A stretch of 63,696 nt of DNA, filler included, from Phoronis australis (taxonomy: Eukaryota > Animalia > Phoronida), in NCBI GenBank assembly GCA_002633005.1. It is 6 parts of 6 records of this genome, joined end to end, with 100 filler letters (N's around TTAATTAATTAA, not from the genome) between each part and the next. Parts side by side here need not be neighbours in the genome. Positions count along the whole stretch, not along the records: positions 23,022 to 29,670 come from NMRA01002133.1; positions 29,771 to 33,231 come from NMRA01003004.1; positions 33,332 to 57,934 come from NMRA01000627.1; 3 more parts are not named here. The stretch is one strand, 5' to 3'. The position numbers and the translations under genes were made by a program. Numbering within the stretch: the stretch's first letter is position 1; the number at the start of each line of letters is the position of its first letter. Shown piece by piece: positions 25,911 through 38,036 of this stretch. The notes under the pieces were generated by a model, which was given only the letters and a program-made list of their open reading frames with translations, made no database searches and had not been told where the DNA came from.

Positions 25911-27084
25911 AAACCTCCAGTCTCTGAGTAAGTTGATTTTACTTATAAACATCATTAACCACATGAAAACGAGCAGCAATATCTGATGATTTCTCACGAG
26001 GAATGATATCTATAGCAACTGTGATTGGTTGTCCCAATTTGACGTTGTATGTTTTGACCAATAAATGCTCGAAACTAGAGATCAGCTTATTAACAAATCG
26101 TCAGGGTGTTCTAATTTGACAGCTGATCACCTGGTGATTTTTTTTGGTGTTTTTGATATCAAATTCAGTGGTGATTTTAAGCACTTAATAGCAATAAACT
26201 TCAAAATACAGGAAATAAAATCAAATGAAACATTATGCACATGGAGTTATAATTAACACACACCTTAAGTCTGGAGATGATTCAGTCAAGATAATTTGAA
26301 CAAATCGATGAAAATCTGTCGCTGTTTGCTCGAGTTTCTCTTACTGGGTGCCATTTTGAAGAAGTTACGTGAAATCATTCATGTTGACAAATAAAAAGTT
26401 CAAGGGACACAACTCTTACAAATTTTACCTGATGCCTTCTCATGCCATTTTGAAAGTGTCACGCGCTTCACTCAGTCTCGCGCTAGCCTTTGCCAAACTC
26501 GCGTGACTCAGTTGAAATACTTTGTGGTGAAAAAGTCAACAGTGGCCAAAAAAGTGGAGTTGGAATTCTTCACCAAAGTCACCTTAATTTTCGTAACTAA
26601 GCTTCATCAAAGATATGCGTAAAAGTAGAAAGAACCACTGAAGAAAGTAAGCGCTTTTTTAAGTGATACTTTTAAGTGTGGAATGTATTTTTGATGAGGT
26701 GACAACTCCTGATCGGTGGCCGGATTTGGCCTACCGCCCGTTTAAAATACACGGGACGAAATTCGTACAGAAAGCGATGGGAAGTATTGTAGCTCCCAAC
26801 CGGCCAAACGAGGGGCTATGTGTTGTCTACTAGCCAGCTAGCCAAGGGGCTATGTGTGGCCTAAACTGGGAGGTGATGGCAGTAGCTGAGTATGTGTCTC
26901 AGCTCACATCTAATTGTTCAATGATCCTAAGATAAAGGTTTTGAATTTTGACAAGTGACATGCTCACTATACAACCACATGGCAGGTATTCAGATTTCCC
27001 CGATAGATTGCCACTTGGACTTGGGACATAATCGTGAATTTCATTTTCTGGGCTATGAGGTTAAACCATGTATGCAGCCCAATG

Positions 27085-27780
27085 TAATTGTTTACAATAT
27101 GACAACATTGACATAAACACATGACTTTGGTATCGTTCAATTCCTCACAACCTTAATTATCTTTCCAAAAATATATGAATGTATCCCCTACTGAGTTTCC
27201 TGCGTATTTTATCATTGAATTTCTGTTCGCACTATTTCCCGGCTGACGCCGCCATGTTAGCTCAACTCTAGATTAAAACGACACCTGTTGTTAATGAATG
27301 AAACAGCATCATCGATTCTGAATGGTGTTTGTTGACGCGAGATCCCGCTAAAGTTTTCTTGACATAATACGAAGGATCAAATTTTTTTAGAATTGCGACC
27401 ATTTGACCATTTTCCACGAAATTATCTGAAGTGATACCCTTTTCACCAATTTGGAACTCAAAAACAACCTCCGGTTTTTTCGCAGATTTTTGCTAGCAGA
27501 TGCGTACCAGGGTCTCCATACCGTAAGATCGAATTCAAACCATTGGGACCGTAATTCAGGCAGGGGAGAGACAGGTCTCTGTCAATTTGAACTTATGAAA
27601 AGTGACGATCTGCAGAAGTCGGTTCAATTTTTGACTGCCAGCTGACTCCTTCCATTCAACATGGCGGCATTAATCCCGAGTACCGGGAAATAGTGCGAGC
27701 AGAAATTAAATGCTAAGGCCAAGGGAACGGGGTAGGAGAAATTTTTGTGTATTTTTGGAAATATATCGTCCGGTTACCTA
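27085..27780. mobile_element. Non-autonomous element with long inverted arms
   Basis: ttctgttcgcactatttccc...gccgccatgtt (about 27220-27258) is inverted relative to aacatggcggc...gggaaatagtgcgagcagaa (about 27658-27705). Confidence 0.5.
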
Positions 27781-29784
27781 TTTTCGTCAGGCTCCAAAGT
27801 TCGTCCGCCATCTTGTTTCGCGTGCAGCGCAACCACGCGGGACTTAGCGTTCCAATTTGGAGTGCTCGTCTTCACGTTAGGTACTAACCTCTCGGGAGAA
27901 ACACGTATCAAAGTAATGAGACAAAAATCGGTGAGTTTACCGATTGTTTTTTAAAACCACTTAAAAATCAGTAGATTTTACTAATACACTTTTTTGTGCG
28001 TTTTCAGAAGATGTTTTCGAATTTAAATTTTCTTCCGACGGGACACAAAACATGATCCAGGGTTTGTTTATGCAATGTATCTGTTTGTCCCAGGCACTAG
28101 TAGGATCTAGAAGGCCAAAGGAAAAATCCGCAGACAAATGCGATACGCTGGGTTCTTAACATTTTTGCCTCACGCATTCACCATTAAACTGCATTGAAAT
28201 GTTGTCCAATTGGCTTTTATTGGAAACCACAGTGCAGAGCTCAACATCAAAGCTTCAAATCGAGTTTATGTCAATAAAAACAGGCTGTTGCAATTTTCAT
28301 TACTTCGTTGGCCTTTTTCTGCATGTTTCTCAGTTTTTACAAAAGGGGGCAGCATATGACGAACTTAGGTGTCACAATAAAATGGCTGCCGAAGGCAGTG
28401 CACATTTGAAATAACTCGGCACAAATTAAAGAAAACTTCCGAATCGATGAATGCGGTATATCTGTGAGAGTTAAATCGAATCCTATTCAGATCATAACTT
28501 TGAAGTGGAATAATTCGGTGAGTACAACAGCAAGTCGGTTTTATGCTTAGGCGGACGAACATTGGGTTCCCCAGTATAACGTTGCAAGGAATCGAATGAT
28601 ACTCAAAATCATACATGTAAGTCTATGTCGTCATATTGTAAACAATTACCACAGCCCAGGTTAACCCAAGCTGGAGAACCACTTGGGCTTCAATACCAAC
28701 ATTTCCTAACACCATGCAGGTACTACATGGTCATTAATACAGTTCAACAATTGAAAAAACTACACCATCCATCCTACTTGATTCAATTCCTCAACTTACA
28801 CAGTGGCATATTTTAATTATTCCAGCTTTAAAATCTTTGTACAATTCATCTTCGTCTTCACCGCATTCTGTACAAATGTATTTGCCCATGTTTTCGAACG
28901 CTATTACCAGGAAATCCAGTGCATTAACTGCAACTGGTAAGGAATAGCACTTATAACTCGAATCACTTTCTCGATTCTTATTTACGTGTGGTGAGATAAT
29001 AGACGTCTAATTTAATGAAAATGTTTTAAAATATGTACTGTGATTTAAAAAGCACCAGCGTTATTCAAAAATGGAAACAAAATCATGAAAGCAAAACACC
29101 ACCTTTTAATTTGAAATTTGTTCCGTTGCAGCCGTTAAAAGCAAATCGTTTTGGGAATAGGTTCCAATTTACCATTACCATGGCACAGTCCCAGATGTTC
29201 ACATGTGGAAGTTGTTGCATGTGTGTGTCAAACATTGGTCCAGTATTTCGAGTTTACGTGGGACTCCGGGACTCAATCATAATCACATTGAGGACGTGAT
29301 TGAACCTTATTTTGATTACAATGACTGGGAAAAGAAAGAGGGAAATTTCCAATGCAAAATTTGTTATTTGCAGCAATTTGGAGGAAGCGCTCCGAAAAGG
29401 CAAGTGGAATTAGATACTCGTATAGTCGTAGTCTATGGTGGAATTGGATGGAAGTCATGTTGTTCCTACCTAGCCTGTAGACCTAGCTGGAACTGGTCAG
29501 ATATAGTGGACCCTATTTTTGAGAGTCAGTTTCATCCACTGAATAAAGTGCCCGTTACTCAGTGATTCCCTGGTTCTCAAAATCAGGGACCGCTATATCC
29601 GACCAGTGGCAGTGCCAGATACTGAGCTAGGTAAGAACATTATGACTAGTGAAGTCGCCACTCTGAGCAGNNNNNNNNNNNNNNNNNNNNNNNNNNNNNN
29701 NNNNNNNNNNNNNNTTAATTAATTAANNNNNNNNNNNNNNNNNNNNNNNNNNNNNNNNNNNNNNNNNNNNACGTATCTTTTCAG

Positions 29785-31075
29785 GCTCCACAGCAACAAT
29801 GGCGTCAGAAGCTGGCGCGTCGCCAACTTTGCGTAAAACCAGGCAGCGTCGAGTGGGAGTTGTTGCAAGACCTCCTCCCTTGGAGACTCTGACGGAGCAA
29901 AAGAGTTTTCATGACAAAACAATAGAAGGCGCCTCTTGTACAACGTTGCCTGTGGCAAATTTAGCAGACGATAATATTCCAAATAACCCTTGGACGGGCG
30001 ATTGTGCAAAGGCCTATTCTTCAACGACGCTACCAAGGCCAATTGAAAACAACGATTTACCGAAAACACCTATCGGGTTAAAACTTAATCTATTTTCTTC
30101 AAACCCAAGATATCGTCGCATGACATTCCATGACCTCTTGCAAGGTTCTGAAGAAACTAATTCACGTTCCTCAACTCCGCTCAAGATCTCTGAGCGACTT
30201 CCGGTAGGTTTAACTTTGAACTTGAATCCAACAAGACAAGAACGCCGTAGACGAATCACCCTTCACACCCTTGAGCCACAAGTTGACATCACCAACTCGC
30301 CTAGGCAAATTTTAGCAGGTGCTCGTCATCACGTGCCCAAAACACGTGATTCTGTCACCAATTACGTAGCGAAGCAGTACTGGTCCATCGTTTCCCCAGA
30401 TTCACAGTCCTCTGCAAAGAACAATGCACCACAGTTTGTTCCCGGCAAATTGAGAACCAAATCCAATGAAGAACAGTCTGAGAATTCTTTAATGAGGAAT
30501 CCTGTTGTTGCAAACGTAACAAGAAACCAACGGACGACAGATAAAAACGACGACGACGAGACTCTTGCTGAGAGAGTGGCTAGGATTTTGCGGGAACAGA
30601 GTGTAGAACACAGAGAAAGAAGGGTGACGTTTCATTCTCTTCTTCCAAGAGGTTCACCCATCAGTCCGCTTGACAATATTTCACCAGCAAGAAAAAGTTC
30701 TGTAGCGAAGCAAAGACGAATCACCTTAGCCACGCCCTTTCACATATTTTCGCAGGACCTGGAAAAATACCAAAAGATAGCTAATTACTATCAAAATTCA
30801 AACGAAAAGAATTTTGTCCCAAAAGAAGTGAAAAAGGTTCGCCGAGCTACAGTTCACACTATGTCCGGCGTGCACGCAAAAATTGATATCAGGGAGAGGC
30901 ACAACGAGACACGTGATGGTGACAGACGTCTTCGGCGAGCTACCGTGTATTCCATGTGCTATGCAGATAGTTTTCAGGATAGCGAGGAGATAATGGACAA
31001 TTCTTTGAAGACTGGACGTAAGACATCTCGCAGGAGATCCCTTCTGTCACAGGATTCAAAATACGAACTTTACAG
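29785..31075 (+). CDS. Large exon of an uncharacterised basic, probably disordered protein with repeated RRxT motifs
   Basis: 426-codon ORF with ATG at 29799, acceptor cttttcag| before it and donor CAG|gtaggt after it. Motifs are RRMTF, RRITL (twice), RRVTF, RRATV (twice) and RRSL. No domain recognised. Confidence 0.6.
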
Positions 31076-33649
31076 GTAGGTTTACAGGTTTGTTTAACGC
31101 TAAAGGTGTTAAATGCACCAGCTTTATTCACAGATATAATAGCTCTTCTAACGTCACCGTGTTCTTATCGTTTGTTAGAATTAAAATTGGTTTCGAAAAT
31201 CGCCTGGAATTTCCATCACGGCCGTGCTGCCTTGGCGGCTGAAATTAATCCGCAGCAAATTAACGGGCCTCTTTCGAAACACTTCTTTCCTAGCCTAGAC
31301 ATTATTATTAACCTGAGTACAGTAGCAGGGCTTGGAATTTTCCTCTTTTAAGACGATTTCCTCTTTTTGGTGTCGATTTCCTCTTAATTGATTTCAAGTT
31401 TCCTCCATATCGTCTCCGTTTGTATCATTGTTTTGACCTTGTTCACGCAAAAAACCTTTCTTGCAGCTAAATTGTACAACACAGAAAACATCTCTATCAC
31501 ATAAGCCTGTTAATTTGTAAAACGACACGTCACCTGGTCATTCCAAGCCCTGAATTGTAGTCAACATGAGATCAAAAGTTGGTTTTTATAAGAAGCGCCC
31601 ATTTAAAGCTTAGCGAGCACTTCTACCTATTTGCCAAGAAAATTAACTTACGATTTTCGAATCGCGTATTTTTGTAAAACTTATCCCAGCTTGCTCCTCA
31701 TTCTGATTAAAAGTGACTTTTAAAATTGTAAAGATCGGATCAGGATTGTGTTCTGTAGGCCAAGACAAAATCGAAAAAAGTTGGTATGATGTGTTTCGCT
31801 TGTAAATGCATAACGATGTTTCGCAAAGACTTATTACGTGATCTTGCGTTGTCGCGAGTTTCTTGGGTCTATGGAACGCAGGCTAAGGTTCCGTTCCAAG
31901 AAACTAACTTAATTCCATTTCTGGTCTATTAAGACTTGGTTTTAAATCGTTGACTTAAAAGTAAAAACGTGAAAGTGCTTGTCGATCCATTAAAATAGCT
32001 AAACTAAAGCTGAATTATTCGGATTGACAGACCAGTCATCAGTGTCGGATTAAAGCTTAGGGGCCGCGGGCGGTTTTGTCAGATAGACCTTCAGTTCTTT
32101 AAAAAAAATTAAGCGTATATTGTCTACACGTATTTGAAGTTGGGCACTTTACCACACTTCCAGAAGTTCGGGATAATAGATACTAAATTATTTCAGAGAT
32201 TCAAATTCAAAAAAAGAATTTCAAAAAATGGAAGGCTGTTTGTATTTATGCTCAGGTATTGAAATGATGCCGGTTAGACGGGGCTGCTTGGTTTCCGTAC
32301 TTTAAACTGCGTGTCATATTAAGGGGCCACCATGGTAACAACTGTTACTCTTTTATTGTGTTAAGAAATTATAAAATATCCTTTCATCTTAAGGGTGCCT
32401 GTTCTCGGAGTGAGGTCCGAATGATGAGATCAGCTGCTGTTCTTTTCGTGTTTTTGCGAAAAAAACACATCTCGCTATGTTAATATGTTACGGGGGTTCC
32501 TTTTAGAAGGGGCTACGATAATGAAATCGGTGGTCACTTTTATCCCATGTCTTGTTATCATATTTATTAAGAGGCCCCTGTCCAAGGGTGGTATCCAATG
32601 ATGGAATCAACTCCTGCTGTTTCCCTGTTTTTATGAACTAAGACATACCGTCATGTTAAGGGGGACCACGATGATGGAAGGGATTGTCAACCCTTTCTTG
32701 CATTTTTTGTAATTATAGAATATCCTTTCATGTAAGGAGGCCGCTTTCAACTGCTGCAACAATTTAAATTTCATAAGGGACCCGCTCTCGCAAGGGGGCC
32801 CCAATGATGACGTCATCTGCTGTTGTTTTCCTGTGTATATCTTTATGTTAAGGGGTCCTCCGCTTTGAAGAGTCCACACTGTTTAAACCAGTTGTCTCCT
32901 TTTCTATTTTCTTCCAATTATATGTTGTTACGTATTGAGGAGGGGGCCGAGAGTATTGCCTCCTTTGCCCCCCCCCCTGTAAAACCAGGACTAAAAGTAA
33001 TAAAAATAGGCTGGTTCACGGACTGAACGCTGTATAGAGCATGCGCGCACCCAGGGGAGCGGGGGGGTTCCAACGAGCCCCCCATCTGGCGAATTGGGCA
33101 AAAACGTCCGCCTCTGAGAGACAAAAAGTCCGAGAAAATGAGGCAAAAGTCTGCTTAACATGCGTAAACTCGCAATTCACAGTTGTGCACCCGTTTTTTT
33201 AGTCCGCCCGCTTTTTTTGTTACCAGGAATTNNNNNNNNNNNNNNNNNNNNNNNNNNNNNNNNNNNNNNNNNNNNTTAATTAATTAANNNNNNNNNNNNN
33301 NNNNNNNNNNNNNNNNNNNNNNNNNNNNNNNTGTGACGGGACGTTCGTAACTTTACGCTTATTGTTATTCTTATTTAGTTGCAAATGTTCAGTTATTCTT
33401 ATGCTAATGTCTTTGTTGCGTCTCTGTTCGCCTTTGTTACGGGGGCATGTGGGCGCGACTGTATGTGTCGGGCACTTCGCTAGCGACAGGCTTAGGAGAA
33501 GGGTGTTTCCTTCTTTTGCTTTCATGGAAAGTTGATGTTATCATGTGCAAATTGAACTGAAACGAATGCCTGGTGAGAGAAAATACATATTTTGAGGTTC
33601 AGTGGAGACTTGCTCTGTTACAAATCTCAACCGTACGTTCACAAGCCTA

Positions 33650-34690
33650 TGTAGCTTAGGTTTCACTCCACCAGTTGATCTAACATGGCTACCCTCCGAT
33701 GCAACCCGTTCAGCTTTCAGTGCTGCTAGCGCCCTCTCGTGTTCCATTCTTTCTCTCTCCATCTGCTTTTCGGCTTCCCGGGCTTGCCTCCTCTCCTCAG
33801 CCTCTCGCGCTCTGTCTTCAGCCTCACGAGCTTGCCTTCTTTCCTCAGCCTCAGCTTGTTTTTTTTTTCAACAAACTGTCAGAAGTCGTCACCCTGCAGA
33901 CCAGCATTTCTTGTCCGAGGGGCATTAACTCTCTTAGTTGAGATCTTGTCTCCATAGTGAGTTGCTAATTCCAACAGTCCACTTTATCACACCTTGTTAC
34001 CGTTAGTAAGCTTCTGGCGTGCTCGCCAATTGTCACGTTTTCCCCCGTGTGTGGGTGGGCGCAGGTTGTTACAAACCGGTACTAATAGCTTTCGGTGCGA
34101 CAATTGACTGAAGACCCAGGTTCGAGTTAATCCTTTATTAATCTCAACCGTACGTTCACAAACCTACTCAAACAACACGCCCGAAGTAATATCTGTTCTA
34201 TGCTCCAGCCAGTGCTGCGAAGCCTTGACTTGTGATGCACTTCTGAGACACGTTCAGCAACTGTTACACTGGCTGATTCAATAACCTGCTGTCTCTATAG
34301 CTGGCTCTCTATTGACTATCGCTGTAACTGCTGATTCTCTTCACTGCAACTCAACTGTAATTCTCCTGATTAACTTTCTTGAACTCACTTGATCTTACTA
34401 ATACCAATCCGTGCTTGTGTATTTATAGCCTAATGCTTTGTTCTATAACTTTTCATCAATTCAAGCACATGCCAGAAATTTCTGGAATCAACCCTATCAT
34501 TCTAAAAATATGTACTAGTTTCTAGAATATTCCAGGCTGCATTAATCACTGTCATGCTAGAGTCTTCTAGAAAGTTCCACACTATATTGTAGTAAACAAA
34601 TGACATCATCATTGTAACGACCTCAGTCCTCTAGAAAGTTCCATACTATTCTGCAGTAAACAAATTACATCATCACTGTACTTAACTCAG
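33650..34690 (-). mobile_element. Truncated Gypsy element: 5' LTR (34031 to about 34690), PBS, degenerate gag 5' end
   Basis: The LTR ends ...CGTGACA, followed by PBS TGGCGAGCACGCCAGAAG. From 33955 the minus strand reads METRSQLRELMPLGQEM/GLQGDDF*QFVEKKQAEAEERRQAREAE...MEHERALAALK, an E/R-rich gag-like N-terminus. Confidence 0.7.
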
Positions 34691-35684
34691 GGGTCATGCC
34701 AATCAAACAGAACTACAAAACAAAACCATTCAACTAAAAACAGTGTCAGTCTATATTCTGACATACTTTTATATCACGTGACCGCCACTTGATTCAGTTG
34801 TGTAGTTTTCTACTTGAACATTAATTTCTAAAAGAATCGAAATTGTGATCGATTTCTGTATATAGGCCTATTTGTGTCGGTGCGTTGAAAATTTTGGGTC
34901 TCAAATTATTTGTCTTCAGCGAAATTTTCTTTTCAAAATACTTATTTAAGGTTTTGGCAACAGATAACCCGCTCGCATGTAAAACAAAAGTATTAACCAT
35001 GAAATAAATGTGCATAATTTTTGCTGCGAATTAACATTCGCACTAAAGAGAAATCTAGACAACCGATCCCCCTGGGTGCGCACATGTATTAGCTAATTGA
35101 ATTCCTTTTTAAATGACCATCGAGGTTTGTACAGTGAATATTACCTTTGCTCGGATGTAAAGGAAAGACATGAGAAACTTGCACGGGCATGAACCATGAA
35201 ACAAGTGTGCATAATCTACGATGTAAATTCATGTCTGACTCTGCTATATGTAAATGTGTCGAAAGTGGAGAGACATGAAATGATTGCTAAAGAGAAAAGT
35301 TTGACATCATACATTTGAAGTCGACTGAAGCCAACCCAATCATCTTGCATATTTTTGTTCATCAATGGCTTTAAAAACTGTCGTGAGTAGCAATGAAAAT
35401 TATAGTCGTAAATTCAAACGATATTTTTGGGAAAACTTTCAAGAAGCTTGAAAATTCCCTGGATGTTTGGGGACGCAGTTGGAGATTTTGCGGGAATAAA
35501 ATATTCACCTCCTAAAATTACCAGTGGAATATATAACACAAGTATTATATTCAAGCACGGAAGTTTATTTCAACATAGAAATTTAAATGGTCTTTAATAG
35601 TACATGAATTTCATCAAATGAATGCTTTTCAATACTTAATTGCGTACTTTTTAAGCCATGACGTAGGCGCCGTAGTATTTTGAA

Positions 35685-35776
35685 TTAAAGTTCACAGATG
35701 TAACGTGCTTTGTCGCTGCACCCCTTCCTTTCCATGTTCTGGTTACTGGGATTGAAGACCGCGCAAGGGTTTTCAT
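35685..35776 (-). CDS. Lectin-TLDc gene copy 1, exon C: C-terminal half of a C-type lectin domain
   Basis: Acceptor ctcttttacag|AT (phase 1). Translates (D)ENPCAVFNPSNQNMERKGCSDKARYICEL*, the C..C..YICE ending of a C-type lectin domain. Too short for the ORF track. Confidence 0.8.
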
Positions 35777-36320
35777 CTGTAAAAGAGCCAAAGGTCATGT
35801 GGTATGAGGACCAAAAACAAACGCGACCGACATGTCATTTGTATGCATTACGTAGATATAAACCTTCAGAAATTGACAATCGATCACCACCGCCCATTCC
35901 CCCAATCCCATCATTCATACAACATTGAACTGAAAAACCTCAAATTTAATAGAGAATCAATAATTAATTTATTCGGCCCTAAATAATAAGCAAGCTGAAG
36001 CGCATGATTGTTGTGAATATTCAAGTACACTGGACGTGATTCATAAACGAGAATTTTTTAATTATTTCAATTTACAACGCAGTGGCAATGTAAAGTGACC
36101 TATTTATCAATTTGTGAATTTATTGTGGAACGATTACACTAAAGAGGATACAACTAAAAGTACACACTCAATTCTGTTTATTTAAAAACGCAGCTTCATT
36201 TAAAAAGAACGATACTTCTACAGTTTGTTCGTTACACAGTGTTCGAATTAAATATTCAGCTACAAGGCCGACAATCTATAGGAGTCAAATTTTGAAACGA
36301 GGAAAATAGTAAATTCTTAC

Positions 36321-36857
36321 CAACGACATTCCACACCTCAACGTCGGTCCATTCAGCACTCCTTCCACAGCTGAGTGTGCCTGTGTAGGATTGACGACGG
36401 CAGTAGCCGTCAGAGGGGAAGTAGGCCTACTTGGTGGTGCTGTCATATGAGTGGCTACCAGAGAAGAACGACAGGTCGTGACCCCCGCCAAATGATGGAG
36501 AACAGCTGTACATATCGTACATAGCGTATTGTTTATACCCGCTGTACCGGCTCTACCTGGCTGATGTGCATCCTTGTCTGCACAGCTGAAACACGAATGT
36601 GTTGCTGTCGGGCTTGTAGCTGTTAAAACTTGTCCAGGAGACAGAGGCATAACCACCGAACGTGGTTCCGCTCGTTGAATCTTTCCCAATAGAGATGGTT
36701 GGGCCCTTATTGTTGCATCTGCTGTGAAATACTGAAGGCCTCATACCGTCACGTGTTGCCCGGTACAGGAGCTTGAATGTCTTTCCCGGGAACCATTCTC
36801 TCAGTAAAGCTACGTGGTCTGTAGTCAATAAGTTTGAACTAAGAATGGCTCCCATGC
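36321..36857 (-). pseudogene. Lectin-TLDc gene copy 1, exon B: TLDc domain with two in-frame TAG stops
   Basis: Splice sites ttttag|GC ATG and GTT G|gtaaga; length 537 nt, a multiple of 3. Reads FKLLYRATRDG...FHSRCNNKGPT...FGGYASVSW...FVFQL...FGGGHDL...DVEVW. Stops at 36553-36555 and about 36426-36428. Confidence 0.85.
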
Positions 36858-37246
36858 CTAAAAGTCAAGAGTATCATACAAACAGGGAGTTTCATCCATG
36901 TTTTCAAGGTGACAGCGCAGTTTTGGCTAATGGAATTGTAACATTAAAAATGGCAGAAACCAAAATGTTAGTTTACGATTTTGTCACATGAACAGCAAAA
37001 AATGAGTCACAGTTAATGAAACGTGAAACCTGGGTAGTTTATTCATGAATGAATCCAACATAACAGAATACTGGTAAAAACTACAGACTGTTAACACTTA
37101 CTTGTCTGAAGCTTAAAGTAAGATAGTGCTATCATGTAAGATGATGGGATTTTGAAATAAGCACAACTAAGGATCATGCAACTTATAGAGTGGAATAAAC
37201 TAAATCGCTTCTGAAAATTGACATTTAACCCCACTGACATTAGTAC

Positions 37247-38036
37247 CTTTTCCCGTATCTTTCCCACCAGCCCATATGATGTCGTCTGTTTTCAACGATT
37301 CTTGACCAAGGAGGGATCTTAAGCCATGAGAATCCATTGAAACTAGGTGAGAATTGTCTTCAAGGCATTTTATTTTCGCGGTTTCCCAATCCACTGATGT
37401 GTTGCTCAGTTTAAAACACCAATGTCCAAAGTAACGATATTGACTTGAGCAGTACAATTTGCTTAGAATGCGTTCAAAGGAGATCGATGACATTTCTCGT
37501 TGGCGTATCACTTCCTGTTGTAACTCGGTAGCATTAAATGAAAAGAACTTTCGTAGTTTCGTGTGAGAGCGTTTCACGGTTCTCAAAATCGTTGAATGAA
37601 ATTCCCGATTCTTACGTCCTTCTTCACTGCTTTTGTTTTGCATTCCTTCAAGCTTCGTTTGAAAATGAGTTATGCTTTTTAGAGCAGCCGCCTGAAAAAT
37701 TTGGTCCTTAAGTCTTTCTGCGTTACTACTGTTTCGCATTTCTTCAATCTCTGTTTGAAAGCAACCCAATGCTTTTAGAATGGTCGATTGAAAATCCCGG
37801 TTCTTAAGTTGCTCTTCGTTGCTACTGCTTCGCATTTCTTCATGCTTAGGTTGAAAGTGAGTTATGTTCTTTCGAACAGTCGATTGAAAATCCCGGTTGC
37901 TTTTTTCTTCGTATTCCAGTGAAGAGATGACAGAATCTTCGGCAACAGATCTCTTCGTGGCAGCCGAAGCCGCCTGGAGAGATGCAACTCCATGGCACAG
38001 CACAACGATGACTACCAGGAGATTAGCGTAGAACAT
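37247..38036 (-). CDS. Lectin-TLDc gene copy 1, exon A: signal peptide, 32-aa repeats, N-half of a C-type lectin domain
   Basis: Signal-like MFYANLLVVIVVLCHGVASLQA, then repeats of NRDFQST.LK.ITHFQ, then CSSQYRYFGHWCFKLSNTSVDWETAKIKCLEDNSHLVSM...IIWAGG. Predicted donor AAG|gtacta (phase 1). If unspliced, the ORF stops at 37200. Confidence 0.85.

Noticed and set aside
36553-36555. In-frame TAG codons in the copy-1 TLDc exon as possible recoding or an alternative genetic code
   Set aside because: The paralogue has TAC at the first site, and no recoding signal is evident. Nonsense mutation is the simpler explanation.
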